Assembly (NCBI GenBank): GCA_965644265.1 | Contig: OZ286469.1 | Coordinates: 39,866,001 to 39,930,000, forward strand | DNA: 64,000 nt | Direction: 5' to 3' | Source of the DNA: Glycera tridactyla | Taxonomy: Eukaryota | Shown: in pieces, positions 27,601-42,700 of the stretch | How positions within the stretch are numbered: the first letter of the stretch is position 1 | Layout: each line of letters begins with the position of its first letter | The notes under the pieces: model-generated | The model's input: only the letters and a program-made list of their open reading frames with translations | Told to the model about the DNA's origin: nothing | Database searches by the model: none | Translations under genes and position numbers: made by a program

Positions 27601-30600
27601 AAACAACAGATACTGATCTACATTGCTATGATAGTGGAGCAGTTGTATCTCAGGCTGTGGTCGGATATGTCCCTGAATATCCAGACGAGTATCGAAGGAC
27701 CTGTGGTCTATACATCAACACATACAACTGGATGGAAACACTGCATGTTCCTGTTTATGCCATGATTGACAGTGTAGTGGACGGAGACCAAAGTCGAACA
27801 CTACATATGCTACACCAAGTAGAGTACAACACACAACCAGCAAGTAGCCTTGGTATCACAGAGATCAAGAGTATTGATGTGAGTATTTCAAAGAGTTTTG
27901 TATCTTTAACAGTGGTATTCAATTTGAAACTAGGGGAACAAGGGATTAATTCTCATGATGCATGACACTACCTCGTGAAACATATACCTCTCAAAATCAT
28001 CAGGATAGTCCAAATATTGCAGTGCGTTTCATCTTCATGCAAGGTTGCCGACATGTGTTTACCCTTTTCATAAGACATTTATATATTATCGATATGATCT
28101 CATTTCCTAATTTCAATTAAAAAATCCTTCATTCATGTCAACACCAGTAGGCTGTTCAGTTGGGCAAACACAGAAAGGTTCACCTAATCTCCCACCAAAT
28201 ATCCTCACATTGTGAGTGTGTCAGGAAGTGGAACTTCACCTGCATTACAAGACATTGGCGACCATTCTCTGTAACTGTACAGCCTGCCGGTCTCCCTTGC
28301 GCTGGGAGCATGGATTTTTTTGTATGAGTTACACAGAACAACTGATCATCTTGTATGCCACTGTGACGCTGTAATTCCGAACCTTAAATTTCATCGAGCG
28401 TGAATGAAATTCATGTATCAAATTATGCTGACCCTCAAATTTTTCATCAAAGACGGTCCAATCTCATTGAATTCGTTTCTGGTTCAGTTTCTATGCCCAT
28501 TACTTTGTATGGAGTAATTATCTTCTTGTTTGTATGCAGTTGACCATACAAGATATCAACAATGATGTGGAATGCCATGCTACTGGAGATCCTCACTACA
28601 TCACATATGACAAGTAGTAAGTATCTCACTTGCACTTCTGTACTCCGGGGGTTTAACAGTTGGAGGCTTTACAAAGCAATGCTTGCCTTTCATTGACAAT
28701 TATTCAATAGAAGCTGGACTAGTATCTCGATATCATTCTGCCATACATGTAATTGCCATTTGAATCATGGAAGGCACCATATATCAATTTGTCGGGTCAT
28801 TCACTTCATTGTATATTAATCTATTCCCATTGTACTGAACATGAGAACAAGTCATTTAGATGATCTATTTGTCACACATTTCAGTTCATTTCAGAAAAAC
28901 TTGTTATCCTCTCATGCCAATGTCGGACATTGTTGGGAATGCAAATATGTAACAGAGTTTAGGCAAGGAAGTTACACTAGCTACTCTTCCGATGTGAGTG
29001 TGGAAGCATCATACGGTGTGGTTCCCAGCCATGTGTCTAACTCCCCAAGTTGGGATCTTCTTCGCAACAGACCAACATACTTGAAATTGCTCATTATTTC
29101 AAATAATACGTCAGTAGAGTCTTGAATCGTTTGGGGCTCATGAAGATTGAATGGGACTTTTGCAAGAACCCACCCTCGCTTCCACACACACCACATCCAG
29201 CAAAAAATACACATTGCTCATATGTGCAGGGGAGAGAACATCTAGCTTTCATTAACCTGGAACACAAGGCTTATATAATCCGAGGGTTGATACATGCCGT
29301 TAAACCTCCAACAAACAAACGAAACAAAACTCACATGTGCACCATGTATCTTCTCTTTTCCAGTGAGTTTGATAATTACTTCGAAGGAGAGTTCATCCTG
29401 TATCGACACACAGTACTACCATATGAAGTAAGCAACATATACTCTTTCTATTTCTATCCTTCACATAATTCATCACTATATTATCATAGAGATAGTCATA
29501 TGGATTGATACAATTGATATTTTGCATCTTGAATCATCCATTAACTCTGACGATGCAATGTAATGATCGTGATATTTTTTTCTTATTGCGCTTCATTTCA
29601 ACGAAAGCTCGGATAAGATAGTTATAGATTCAGTGTATCTGGTGGTACCATGTTCTGGTGGCTTTGGGGTGTTGCTTTGGTGATACTCTATGATAATAAA
29701 GACTCCCAGTGCCATGAATTGATCTCAATATTTTTCATACTTCCATTCTATATAATCTGGGTTGGTCACGCATCAAGTCCTAATTCCGCGTCATCATTTC
29801 ATATTTCTTTCAACATATTCTGGGCTATACTAACACTATTCTTTATACTAGCCATCATATGCCAGATTCACCAGGTTTTAGCTAAGCATCCCATTGAAAA
29901 TTTGGCGCGATATTAGGTATTCACCGTAATGATAGTTGATGTACTAATCTCATACATTGAATATTCTCTTCAGGTGCGAACATTCTTGAAGAAGTGTTAC
30001 AACACCGTTGCCTGCACATGTGCTGTGGCAGCTCGTATTGGTGATGATGTGATCGTGATTGACTCATGTGCAAATGGAGGAAGCCTGGTGGTGCAGATGT
30101 ATCTCAATGGAGAGCTGACTGCTGGAACTCAACTGCTGCAGTATGGAGGAGGCAGCTCATATCAGGTGTGTGTCATGGGGGCATGCTGGTTTGCATAAAA
30201 GGGAACTATATTGATGATGGTCGATATATAGATGCTGACAGAGTTATCTTGTGAGGGGACAGATGTCTAATTGTTTCTCTTTCTCAAAGTAGTCCAAGTA
30301 ATATCACAGAAGATGAAGATGTGGCTAGTGGGGCATTCAGGATATATTTCGAATAGATTTGTTTGTTTGTTTGTTTGAGGTTTAACGGCATGTATCAACC
30401 CACAAGATCATAGATCTTCACCCGCATCTTGATATGCAATTTAAGACTTTTTGCCATACGCTTATAGAGCCCATCCTGATCCCAGGTAACTGCTTTGAAA
30501 TATTATTGTCATCGAATTATTTGGTCAAAACCAATATATATATGCATTGACTTTGTTTGTCTCATAGATCATCTTCCCATCTGGATCTACCTTGACTGTG

Positions 30601-33600
30601 GAGTGGGGCTTTGATATCTATGTCAATGTCTACTTCCAACCATCGCCAGTGGACTGGCAGAATTCAGAAGGTCTTTGTGGAACTTATGATGGTGTTGCTG
30701 AGAATGAGTTCACTGGAAGCGATGGTGCTATCGATCCAAGTAATGACCGGCATCCTGACACATTCATCCTCAGCTGGAGGTAAGAAACTAGGCCTTTCTT
30801 TCAGATGTCCATTCACATGTTCTCTCCCTCTATCAGCAACATATAGTTATTGATTGCCTTGAAGAGAATGACATTGCATCTGGTGGTAGGAACCTGCAGC
30901 TCATTCGGTCATATTTTTTCAAATTCTGCCAAGAGTTGCTACATAGATGATATGTTTACATCCAGGAACAGTGACATTTCCAAAATAATTCCAAAAATAG
31001 TTGAAAAGATAGGTCCTATAATTCTGCATGAACTTCACACTCAATATAACTAACAGATGCTAGTCAAATGAGGAAGGTTGCAAAAAAAATCGTTATGGGC
31101 TACTTTTAGCTTTCTCGGTTTGTGTACATCAATTGATTCCACATCTTGTTGAGACACACAAAAAAAGTTATGTAATATATCATACTTAATCAGGGACTTG
31201 ATATCAAGTTTGTGCATCTTTTTTGGAACAGAGTTGAAGATGCAGATCTGTCCATCTATAATGGCTACTGTGGAGATGGATCGGGTGAGATGGATATCTC
31301 TGGTGATGTGTACTGTGACTGCCCAGCAGCTGAATCAGGAGAGTGTGGTGCAGCCATGAATGTTGTGCAGTGTTCCTTATCGAGTATTACAGCTGGCTCA
31401 GTTGATGTCACCCAGACATTTGTTGATATTGCTGTGGTGCCGGATGGATGTACTGATCTCATATTCGATGCAGATCTCAACTTTGTACCGGTAAGTTGGA
31501 ACAATATCACCAAATTTCCAATCAATCACAACCTCAAATCAACAGAATAGGTCATGTTTATTATTTAGGTGAGTGTCAGTCATTTTACTCTGGATTATGA
31601 CACAGCAGTCCATCCAGCAAGCAGGCACATTTGTCATCGCTATATTCTGATATAGTAAAACTAGATATTACCATCATAAATAAGTGCTGGATTCATACCA
31701 TACTGAATGATAGATGGCAATGGGTACTATTTTTTCTGCAGTTTTCAGTGGGAACACTCGCATATGGATTAGTCATGCATATCGTTTTGCTGCAAGCAAC
31801 GAGTGGCGATGCTTAATCAGAATCACATGTCTTTCTTAAGCCTGGTAAGATTGGTCAATGCATATTCCAAGGAAAGAACATGTCAGTCAGATTCATCATT
31901 TTAATTATACATTGCAAAATTTATATGACTAGTAATGAAGGAACTGTTTGTTACGCTTGTAGGATGAGACAGTGCCCGCTCTTCCTGAAGAAGACGCCAG
32001 AGATGCATGCGAAACAGCAATCACAGCATCTGCGACAGTGACTGCTTGTGGTGCTACTGTTACCCTAGATATAGAGGCACAGATCAACAGCTGTGCCATT
32101 GATTACATGGTAAGTATCAGTACTATAATTACTTAACACTTCATTGTGAATTTGAAGATGAGGTAAATTTCTTTAACGTTCTCTGTTAGATTAATATTGC
32201 TCACACTCAGACTGATCTTGATTCATCTGCAGGCATCTGGCATACTTGATTGGGCACAGGCAGCCATCAATGCACTCACACGTCAATGTCTACGTACCCT
32301 GGCCACAGATACAAACCACTGGATAGCAGATGCTGATGGCAATGTTGGACCTCCAAATGACATCACAGAACAGCTTTGCGACAATGATTGCAGTGGACAT
32401 GGTACCTGTGTTGGTGAGTAGAAGTAATCGGATTTTCCTAGTGATATGAATATATTCATTGGAAGTCACAATATCCAATTTCATGGAATGAGAGGCATGA
32501 AGCAGTTGCTCCAGTGGTTTTTTCTTCAAATTAGGTGTAAACATCTGCATCCTTAGATCTTGATAACCTAGCATTGACAAAATATTCAGGTGATTTTACT
32601 CTCATCAAGCCATTTTCGTGGCCATTACCATGGGAATCCTGATCTAAGTTCCGCATCTAACTAGAAGAGGAGCTCCAAACGATTAATTGAATATGGAGTC
32701 ATCTATCAACACATTCATGAGTTTGGACCTTTCCGAAAGATTCGAAATTGGTGCATATCTTCGTGAATGCTACTTACTTCGTTATTGGGGGTAGCCACGT
32801 GGGTTAGTGTCAATGTTGCATGCACATAAGAGATCCGACTTATGGTTTTGCATAGGGTAGGTGAGGTTCCCATCAGAACCTTTCTCTTCCTCAGTCTCAG
32901 TCAATAGTATCATTCACAAAAAACAACAAAAACATAAGGAAAGAGAAACATGTGATTCAATTGTAGTATTTCATTGTAGTATTTCATTGTAGTATTTCAA
33001 CATGTTTGAGAATCGTTTCTGGATTGCTGCTTACCTAGTAACATTACTCAATCAATAAATACAAGATTGAACAATCCTGGTGCTATCTATATATGCTAGA
33101 CTGGAGGATATGACTTGCAGCAACATGCGAAGTACATTGATGACTTGAAACTTGATGCTCGGTGATCCATTCTTATATTCTCAAATATTCACTGGTGTGA
33201 TATCTTTTTTCAGGTGGCACATGCCAATGTGATGAAGGATGGATGTTGGGTGATTGTCACCAACAAGTTACTGATCCTCCAACCATCACTCAAACCTGTC
33301 TCACATGTGATGGAACATGTGATGTGGAAGTCACTATCGCAGGAACAGGATTTGCCAGTGTGGATACCCTGACCTGCCAGTTCACCACAATATCTGTGAG
33401 TATCTTCAATACCAATGATTCGCAAAACTTCCTCTCATGTATGGTACTATATGGATTCGTCCACCACTTCCATGCTTTCATGAGAAACTGTGTGGGACCC
33501 TCATATTCGTGTGATTTGAACCAATTGTAATGTAAGGTGGTCATCTTCTATCATGGTGCTACAGCATCTGTCTGTCTGCCAGTGTGTCTGTCTGTCCATC

Positions 33601-33613
33601 TTTTCCATCTGCC

Positions 33614-33658
<45 letters not shown>

Positions 33659-33680
33659 GACTGACTACCTGTTTGTCTGT

Positions 33681-33717
<37 letters not shown>

Positions 33718-36700
33718 TGACTATCTGCGCCGGATTTTCAGTGGCAGCTTATCTATGGTAAATTTGTGTATTGGAAATAATATTCTCTATCGCATTCTAA
33801 GTGCTTCACATACAGGATACTCAGTAGGGATTAGACGAATATTTTCTTTGTTTGCCGAGCTGAATATTGGTGGTCATTCACTTAATATCAATTGAAATAT
33901 CCATTACTCTCGGCATAAACTTGTTTGTTCAGAGCGATCATTTATCGACTGAATAGAATTGAGTTATCCTAATATTCCATAACCCATGTTTCAGATGTCT
34001 GCGACAACGTGGGAAGTGAGCAGTACAGTCTCCACATCATCCGCCGCATACTTCAGCGCAGGTCAAGTGAGATGTTCCCTGCCAGACCAGACAGGAAGTT
34101 ACCAGATTGCTATGTCCAATGATGGTACCGTCTTCAGTGATACCAACCTCATCCTTCTCACATATGATGCACGCTGTTTCACTTGCGACTGCTTGGACGG
34201 GACATGCACACAGAAGGTGAGAGATCAGTATAATATACAGTGTCTGTGGATATATGATGTACTTGTCAAAATAGACAAAGAAAATGCTATCGAATGTCAT
34301 CTATCGAAACAAACGATATCAAGGAATGTCAAATATATGGGTTTATTGGTTTCATTGCTGTGGCGCAAAATTGAAGGATTGCCAACAATTGAACTTTACA
34401 CAGGGTGGTAGCTTCAGTTGAAAGGAGATAGGAATGATAATCTGAGTGGTGAATATAAATACATCTGACTAATCTGACAGCAGTTAGGTATCATTTTGAG
34501 ATAGTAAAGAAAGGAGATAGGAATGATAATCCTAGATAATATGTAGTTTGTTTGATCGATCAATATATACAAATGCATACATTTGATATCTTACAGGCGG
34601 ATACATGTGTTATTGGAGATGCATGTTACGTTGCTGATGAGATTAATCCCAGCAATTCCTTGGAATTCTGTGATCCAGGTCGGGATCCAAATGGCTGGTC
34701 CGAAGGAGGTAAGCAAAAACAGATACCACACACCACAAGGGTACATATGTTCAGTTATAGACAATGCAGGGAATTCCCATTACGGCGATACTCTCTCTGA
34801 TACCCATATTATCAAGGTGAATAAGACCAACCACTGTAGAATCTGCTCATTGGAACTTCGGTATGCGGATTTGTGAAGGTATCTCGCGCAGTGGAATATC
34901 GTTTTGATACATTTGTCTTGTTTTGGCAGTGTGTGTGTATTGGCTGTATTAGGTAAGGCGAAATAGTATCATTGTGCTTGTTACCATCTATATTCAATAA
35001 CTTCACTTTGTATTGCAGATGATCAGCCTGTTCTCTTCCTGCCTCTCAACGAATGCTCCCAAGGATATGATTTCTCACTCTATGGGCAGACTACAACATC
35101 GACAGATCTATCATGGTGCCCATCTCCAGACCCCTCTGACTATCATGATGTGGCCTGCTTCAGCGGCGCTTCGACTTTAGTCACAGTGCAAGCATCTGGC
35201 ACACTTGATGTGTCTGACTCATTGACTATGACAATGCATGTATTTGCCCAGGCAAATGGCACAATAATCAACTATGGTGATGACAGTGGAGTGGGACTCA
35301 CAATCACAATTGATTCAAATGGAGTTGCCACCTTGATATTTGAGACTGTCTCGAGAGATGATGATGCAATCAGAGCAACCGTGGAGTTTGCCAACTTCCC
35401 AATGGAAGAGCTGGTGTTCGTAGTTGCAATGTATGATGGCACCACTGGTGAGATGAGTCTCAGTGTGGACTTCCAACAAGCAACATCATATACATATGAT
35501 ACACCCATCCAGCTTAAAACTCAAGGCAATCTCTATATAGGAGACTTTGATACTGGTAATTATGCAGGCGTAATCGCATGTGCACAGCTGTTCAATAAGG
35601 TCTTCACATCTGAGGAGATCCAGAACATGGTCATGTGCCCATTAGGTATGTATCCAGTTTACTTTTGACTGCAAGCTACAAACATGAGTAAATTGTCTCA
35701 CGAGTCGAAAGAAACATGAGCACAACTGTCTAAATCCAAAACTTGCCATTTACAGATCTGGTGTTTGTAGTAACTAGTGAGATATTTATCCATGTAAGCC
35801 ACAAGGAAAACTAAGCATGATACACTTATCAATCTGAAATCTCATGCCATGTCTAATATTTTTGATATGAACATTGTTGAATTAATGGATGGGATGCATG
35901 TACACAACAATTCGATAAAGTTATTACATCTTGCGAGGTTTACAGGATTGTTCAAGGTTGAGGAGAGAAGCAAATAATGGCATTGAATTGTACTATTTCA
36001 TCGAAAAAAAAGTTAGACGAATTCATCAGCTGGAACCCATATTATTCTGGGCACACAGCCTATGAAGTCTCTACTCACATATGCAAGATTTATAGTTCTC
36101 CTTAGATGACTCCAGGTATTGCATTTGGTTGCCCTTTTCATCCCTGCAAGTAGCCTACCTCGTGATCACCGAAGTAATGTGAATTGTCTTATTCTTTCTG
36201 TAGGTCCTGGATACGACATTGGCATACAAGGTAGATATGATTCACATAAATCTCACATTCTTGATACGATCTCATGTACCTAATACTCACATGTATGATA
36301 ATAAAGAATTGAAGGACACTTCACTGAGGAATTTTTGAAACAGCAGCTTTATATATTGTGGGACATTCTAGTAATCAATCGTTTTGTTATATTCTAACAT
36401 TGTTTCGTCTTACTAATAGGGAAATGAAATGAGCTTGTTCAACTTTTAAATGAGTTGAATAAAAGAAAAATCAAATGGAGTTGGTTGATAAATATAATTG
36501 TCTCGTAGTCAGTAAATAGCCCAGATATGAAATTGTCGGCCAGAATATGATCATGGTCACAAAAATGAGTATAGAAGTATCTCACTGATTCTTTCTCTCT
36601 TCACATAGGATACCCAATGGTAAGTGGACCTCCAACAGTTTCACTTGAGGTGATGGAAGCCACTAATGAGACTGAGGCAACTTGGCAGCTGCGATGTGAC

Positions 36701-39700
36701 AGCCCAACCTCTCCTGATGGACTCATCCAGTATGTCACAGTGTGGTATGTCAATGATATGGCCATTACTGAGGAAGCCATCACCTATAATATGACGGAGG
36801 TCGATCATGTTGTATCATACCTGACACAAGACATCCTGGATTCTGCCAACATCACGTACATCACATCGGTAAGTTAACTCATGCGCACAACCATCTTACA
36901 CATATGCCTCATGCTTTTCTCCTCCCTGCTAGTTAGCTACGATTTGTTTAAATCACTCTTCCCAGTTGCTGATTCATACCCTTCAATGTTTGTGATTCCC
37001 ATTTTCCTGTACCAATGTCAATCTTCAGAGGTGGAAGCTTTTCTTACGATGCTTTTGTTTGCACGAATTCTTTAATGAATCAGATTTTTAATTCACAGAG
37101 CCACTTACAACAGAGTTTCATTTTCGATGTATCAACTTGAGAGTGATTAAGATATCTAACATTATTATTGTGTGTTTTACATCATTGCCATTGGAAAGAA
37201 AGCAATACATCTATCTAATTACTTACCTTTCCAGGTCGTGTGTGAAGTGACTACCTGCTTCGCTGATAATTGTGTATACACATGTCCTGTTCGCAGTGAG
37301 CCATACACTCCAGTTATCCAGGTAAGAGGGAAGGCAAAGATATTTATGTCATCAAATCTCTTTGGGAGGATTACTTTTAGATCTGTCGTGAGCACTATCA
37401 AGTTTAGCCTCGTCATATAGCCACCGGGTGGGTACCCGAATCAATTCACTACTTATGATATGTAATCCAGCAGGCTTTTCAGTTGCTGCTGACAGCAGCT
37501 GAAGTTTCATAACCTTTTGTAATGGGGAATGCATGCCAATCTTTTTTGTCAAGCTTAACATATAGAACACTTGCTTGATAATGACTGGATGACTGATAAA
37601 CGTGATCTTGGTCCTCGGAAATGAAGAAACAAGTTGCGGAAAATACAATATTCCAATGTCCCAGGGATCCTGTTCAACATGTTTAATCAAAAGTTAGGTT
37701 TGATATGAGTGGATGCTAATTACTTGTGGTCATCATGTGGTATATGTTTTATTCATTTCTAGGTGACAACAGTGGACACTCTCACAGTGATCGAAGGTGG
37801 TATGGAGGAGCACATTGATATCATCGCCAATCTACCACCACACTACTTCTGTGAGGACAGACAGATGTCAGATGAACCAGAAATCTGCCGAATTTCTCTA
37901 TGGGCCTACATAGACACTTTGACAGATGACTTGATTTGCTATGAGAGTGGCGATGCTGTATCGCAGGCAGTGTTCGGTTACATGCCGGACTATGCTGACT
38001 CAGTACGGCGTACATGCGGGGTGTACCTGACTAGTGATAACTGGTTCTCTGGTGTCAGCATCCCAGTGTCTGCCATGTCTGATGGCGTGGTGGATGGTAC
38101 CCAGACCCGCACCATTCACGTCCACCATGAAGTACAATATGATGAATCAAGCATCTCTGATGGCGAACTTGCCACTGTTGAGGTAATTCATAATTCACAT
38201 TTGAATACAAATTCTTATAACATCTCCAATTCTGTCTTTCTACTACATGAATATCTTCGAAGTGTGTAGACCTCTTAAAAGTAATAAAATAAAGAAAACA
38301 ATTTTGTCTGGCACGATTTGTGACACCACAGACAATTCTTGACAGGGATTGATTTTCATTTTTATGTCCATTCTTTTTCCTCATTTACCACATTTGTTAT
38401 CATACGCAATTCAATGATGAATACAGTCCCTTTCAAGCAATTGATTTTCTCTGTGTTAATTCACACAGTACCTGATGAGATATAGTCCTCTACATTATTC
38501 TCAATATGACCAGCAAAAGAGATCAAAATACAGAAATTGCTTCACTGATATATATTTGTTATAGACATTGCTGGAGGCGTCACTATCAATCTCCTAATTC
38601 TTCTGCATTCACTCCCTGCGTGCTTGCGAGATGGTGTTTAAGACATAGAATAGAGGGCTACCTGTCTTTGTCTCCATGTATTATGTTACTCCTGAACAAA
38701 TATGACAGAACATTTCATCACTTTTTGCAGTTATCCATTGAAGACATCAGTAATGATGTAGAGTGTCATGGTACTGGAGATCCTCATTTCCTAACATACG
38801 ACAAATCGTGAGTAACATAATCATTGACCTATTTATTACACTCCATTCCTGCAGAAATTATCAACACAGATTATAAGATGTCCCACGAAGGCTTTGCTTC
38901 TATTCATCAAGATGTCTACAATTCTGCCTACGGAGATTGATGAATAGTCTCATTGAGCATTTAACCACACAGCCATCCGAGAACGTTACTTGTTTCATGT
39001 CCGTAGGACTTGGCAGACGGGATCGTCAAAGAGTTTTCATAAAATCCTGTGGTCGAATGATGGCTTGAAATCTTTAATATACAAGGAATCTCTTTGTGAC
39101 CCTTCCCATCTTGATTCTCGCACTGACCCATTTGCCTTTGTACAGGCTCGTATCTTGTTCTGCTACGATGTTTGATTCAATATTCTCAAATCCTCATTTT
39201 CAGCGAATTTGATGTCTACTTTGAGGGCGAATTCATCCTCTACCGACATACAACATTACCATACGAGGTGGGTTTCATTAACATTGAATAGGCTGGCTTA
39301 CTTTCTCCCAATCTGCTGATGACAACCTGAGAGACTCTTTTACTTGGCCTTATCATATACAATGATTGTCTAGTGATGGAATGTGGTGTGCAATATTTCA
39401 AAGAAGAACCAATCTAATTACGTTGTTTTCGAACAACTGCATGAAATTGACGCATTTGATCCTCTTGGGTTGGGATTCCAAAAGAACCTTGATCGAGTCA
39501 CATTTCCAGTTGAGGTAAATATCAATAACGCCTTTCTTTGAATTTCTATTCAATCACACCTCAATTACATTGAATATGAGTATCTGTCAGTGGGGCAACA
39601 GCTGTTTTTTTATATTGAGAACAAGTGTTTACTGTTCAGTAATCATAAGACAAGAATATATCGGGGAGTCTTTCCATGGTCAGATTAGAAATAACCATGA

Positions 39701-42700
39701 TATGTAGTAGAGATCAAAATACATGATTCCAGGTGGTGGCAGAATAAATTATAATTAACTTTTTGAACACGTTATTTCCAGGCACGTACCTTCACCAAGG
39801 CCTGCTACAATGCAGTGGCATGTAACTGTGCAGCTGCAGCGCGTATTGGTGATGATGTCATCGTGGTCGACTCCTGCAGTAATGCTGGCAACCTCGTCGT
39901 ACAGATGTACCTCCGTGATGAACTCACTGCAGGAACACAACTCCTGCAGTATGATGGTGGCACCAAGTACCAGGTAAATCGCATGGCTCAGGTTTTCAGT
40001 TGAGATGATGGTCATCCATGAGTGGACAGCGCTAGCACACGATTGTGATGTACCTACACGCGGCAGTCTTCCTCATGTCACTCTGCTTGGGCCAGCATAT
40101 CAGTTCATGATCAGATGAGCGAGTCATCTATTGCTCGCCCATTTAGTGCATCTTACTTCCAAGGTTTTCATACGTTTTCTTCAGGGAAGCACTTCGAATT
40201 CTTTCCCATCATTCGATCCTGAATATCATCAATGTTTTGTATGCATATATCTCACATGATATCACCTTGATGCGCTTTGAATCAATACATCTATGGTCAT
40301 TATAGAGACCGGAAGTACTCTGACACAAAGCCGTAGCTGATTCTCCAAGATGGAGGCACCCATCAATTCAGAATGCACTGGATGAATTGCTTGGATGTCC
40401 TGAATGGGTTGCCCCTATTTCTCATATAACATTCGATTTCAAGCTGATACTCATGGTCCCTCGAGTTTGAAATAAGTAGCTTCCAACCCGCTTCACGAAT
40501 TCTGAGCTGGCTTGTGAGGAATGTGCTAATTTTGAGTCGGGAATCATTATCAAGAGAGTTCAAATAGCAAATCTGTTTAGATTATTAGTCATGAATAGAG
40601 AATATCGGTCTTGTTGATGGGGTCTATGTGCTTCAGATCCAGACTTAACAGACAATATCGGCAGGATCCAAATCACATTTTCAAGAAAATATTGCAGCTT
40701 TCAGTTGCCATGCTATATTATCTCTCTCTTTCCCTCACGCAATCTTGCAGAGTTTGGAAATTACAGTCCTTATTCTATACTGCTGATATGTTTTTATTCA
40801 TAAACTTCATGCCCCCTTTTCTGCGTGAGTATAAGCTATGAGTCTTATCGGGAATCAACTCATTGGACAACTCGTTTGAGACTGATCATGTTCACTTTGT
40901 TTCCCATAGGTGGTGTATCCTACAGGTGCAGTTTTGACGATCGAGCACGATCATGATATCTATCTGAATGTCTACTTCACCCCCTCGGCCATGGACTGGC
41001 AGATGTCAGAGGGCCTCTGTGGTACCTTCGACGGTGACGCCAGCAACGAGTTCCTGGCCAGTGATGGAGTCGTTGACCCGACAATGGACAGACATCCTGA
41101 CACCTTCATCCTCAGCTGGAGGTAAGAGAGAAAATGACATAGGATGGGGATTACCCTCATTACTGCTCATTGGTCCTCTCTGAGGAGCTAAAAGTGAGAT
41201 ATCAATCAGGTAGAATAGAAAGGATCCGGATCGATCATTGAAGCTAGTCTTTCTAATGTCAGTATCATGAACTTCATCTCTAGAATATACAAGTTTTACG
41301 TGAAATGTGTCAAGGGCTTTGATCAGGCGCAATATCAATGTTAATTCCCCCAATCATGATATCACTTATGTATTTTGCAGAGGGGCAGGATATGACAAAT
41401 ACATATGACAATGTTTGAAATAAGATATCAAAACAATATAACTTCTTCTTAGTACATTGACATCCATTGATATCAATTTAAATGGATCATGGTCTAATTT
41501 GAATGACTTCATGGTCTAATTTGGGTGACTACATTCCATCACTGATGCAGCATTAATGCACAGACCGAATAGGTGCTATATAGTTCCCATGCTCTGTAGG
41601 AAGAAGAGAATACCTGAAACAGTCAGGGTGCACAATTAACCCCCTATGTTTGGCATGATTTTCGTTGTCTGTCCAAGCTTTGGATGAAACATATTGTGAA
41701 CGTGTTGAATCTGTTGCTAGGGTGGAAGACGAGGAGAACTCGATCTATAATGGCTACTGTGGTGATGTGGAAGATGGTGATGCATCCTCATCTGGAAGTA
41801 CCTACTGTCAGTGCCAGGGCCTGGAACTCGGGGTCTGTGACGAGCAGCTCAATGTGGTACCCTGCTCTCTCACCTCCATCAGTGCAGGCTCGACTGACGT
41901 CACCCAGTTCTTCGTCGACCAGTCTGAACCCCCGGTTGACTGTCCAGCATTCGAAGCCGATCTTTCCTTTGTACCGGTGAGTAAAGCTTATCTTGTAATG
42001 GTTTTTCTTGACAGTTTCGCATTTGGATTTCTTATATTTCTCTTACTTATAATCATGAGATTATCGATGTCTCTTTTAAACTTAAACATCATGCCATTTG
42101 CATACATGACATGGATTGAATAGATGAATATAGTAAACCAGTCATATCTGAATAGGGGTGTTTGTCAGGTCTGATATTTTGAATTCAATGGCATGTATCG
42201 TTCACTCACCCTGTGTATGCCAGTTTGGATGGGATTGAGCAGAGACTGTGCAGATCTGCTCATATACCTCAGCACCCCATGTTTGGAAACCCCTATTGGG
42301 CATATCTACGTATTAACCAGGGTATCGAATCCTGTAATGTTTGATGACTCATGAGTTTTTGATGCTGGGTGAATGAACCAAGGGCTATCTTGACTACAGC
42401 TGTCTGACTTCACTTAAAATCCTCTCCTTGTTTACAGGACCTTAACGTGGCAATAGTCAGTGAGGAAGATGCAACTTCAGAATGTACGGCCACCATCTCA
42501 GCATCAGCAACTGTCACATCTTGTGGAGCTACTGTCACCCTTGATATAGAGGCACAGATCACTAGCTGTACCCTCGATTACATGGTATGTTCCGTTTCTT
42601 GTTTTACCCTTTCTCGCATAAAATTGGTGAAGAAAAAGTGTTGTTGATTTCATATAATCATTATACAGATGTTGAAATTCTGGGTCGGATTCTCCACCAT

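Noticed and set aside
10225-31525. Recurrent antisense ORFs opposite paralogous exons (e.g. 10225-10458, 14687-14944, 20633-20893, 31265-31525)
   Set aside because: They are shadow frames of repeated exons with biased codon use and give no independent evidence of coding.
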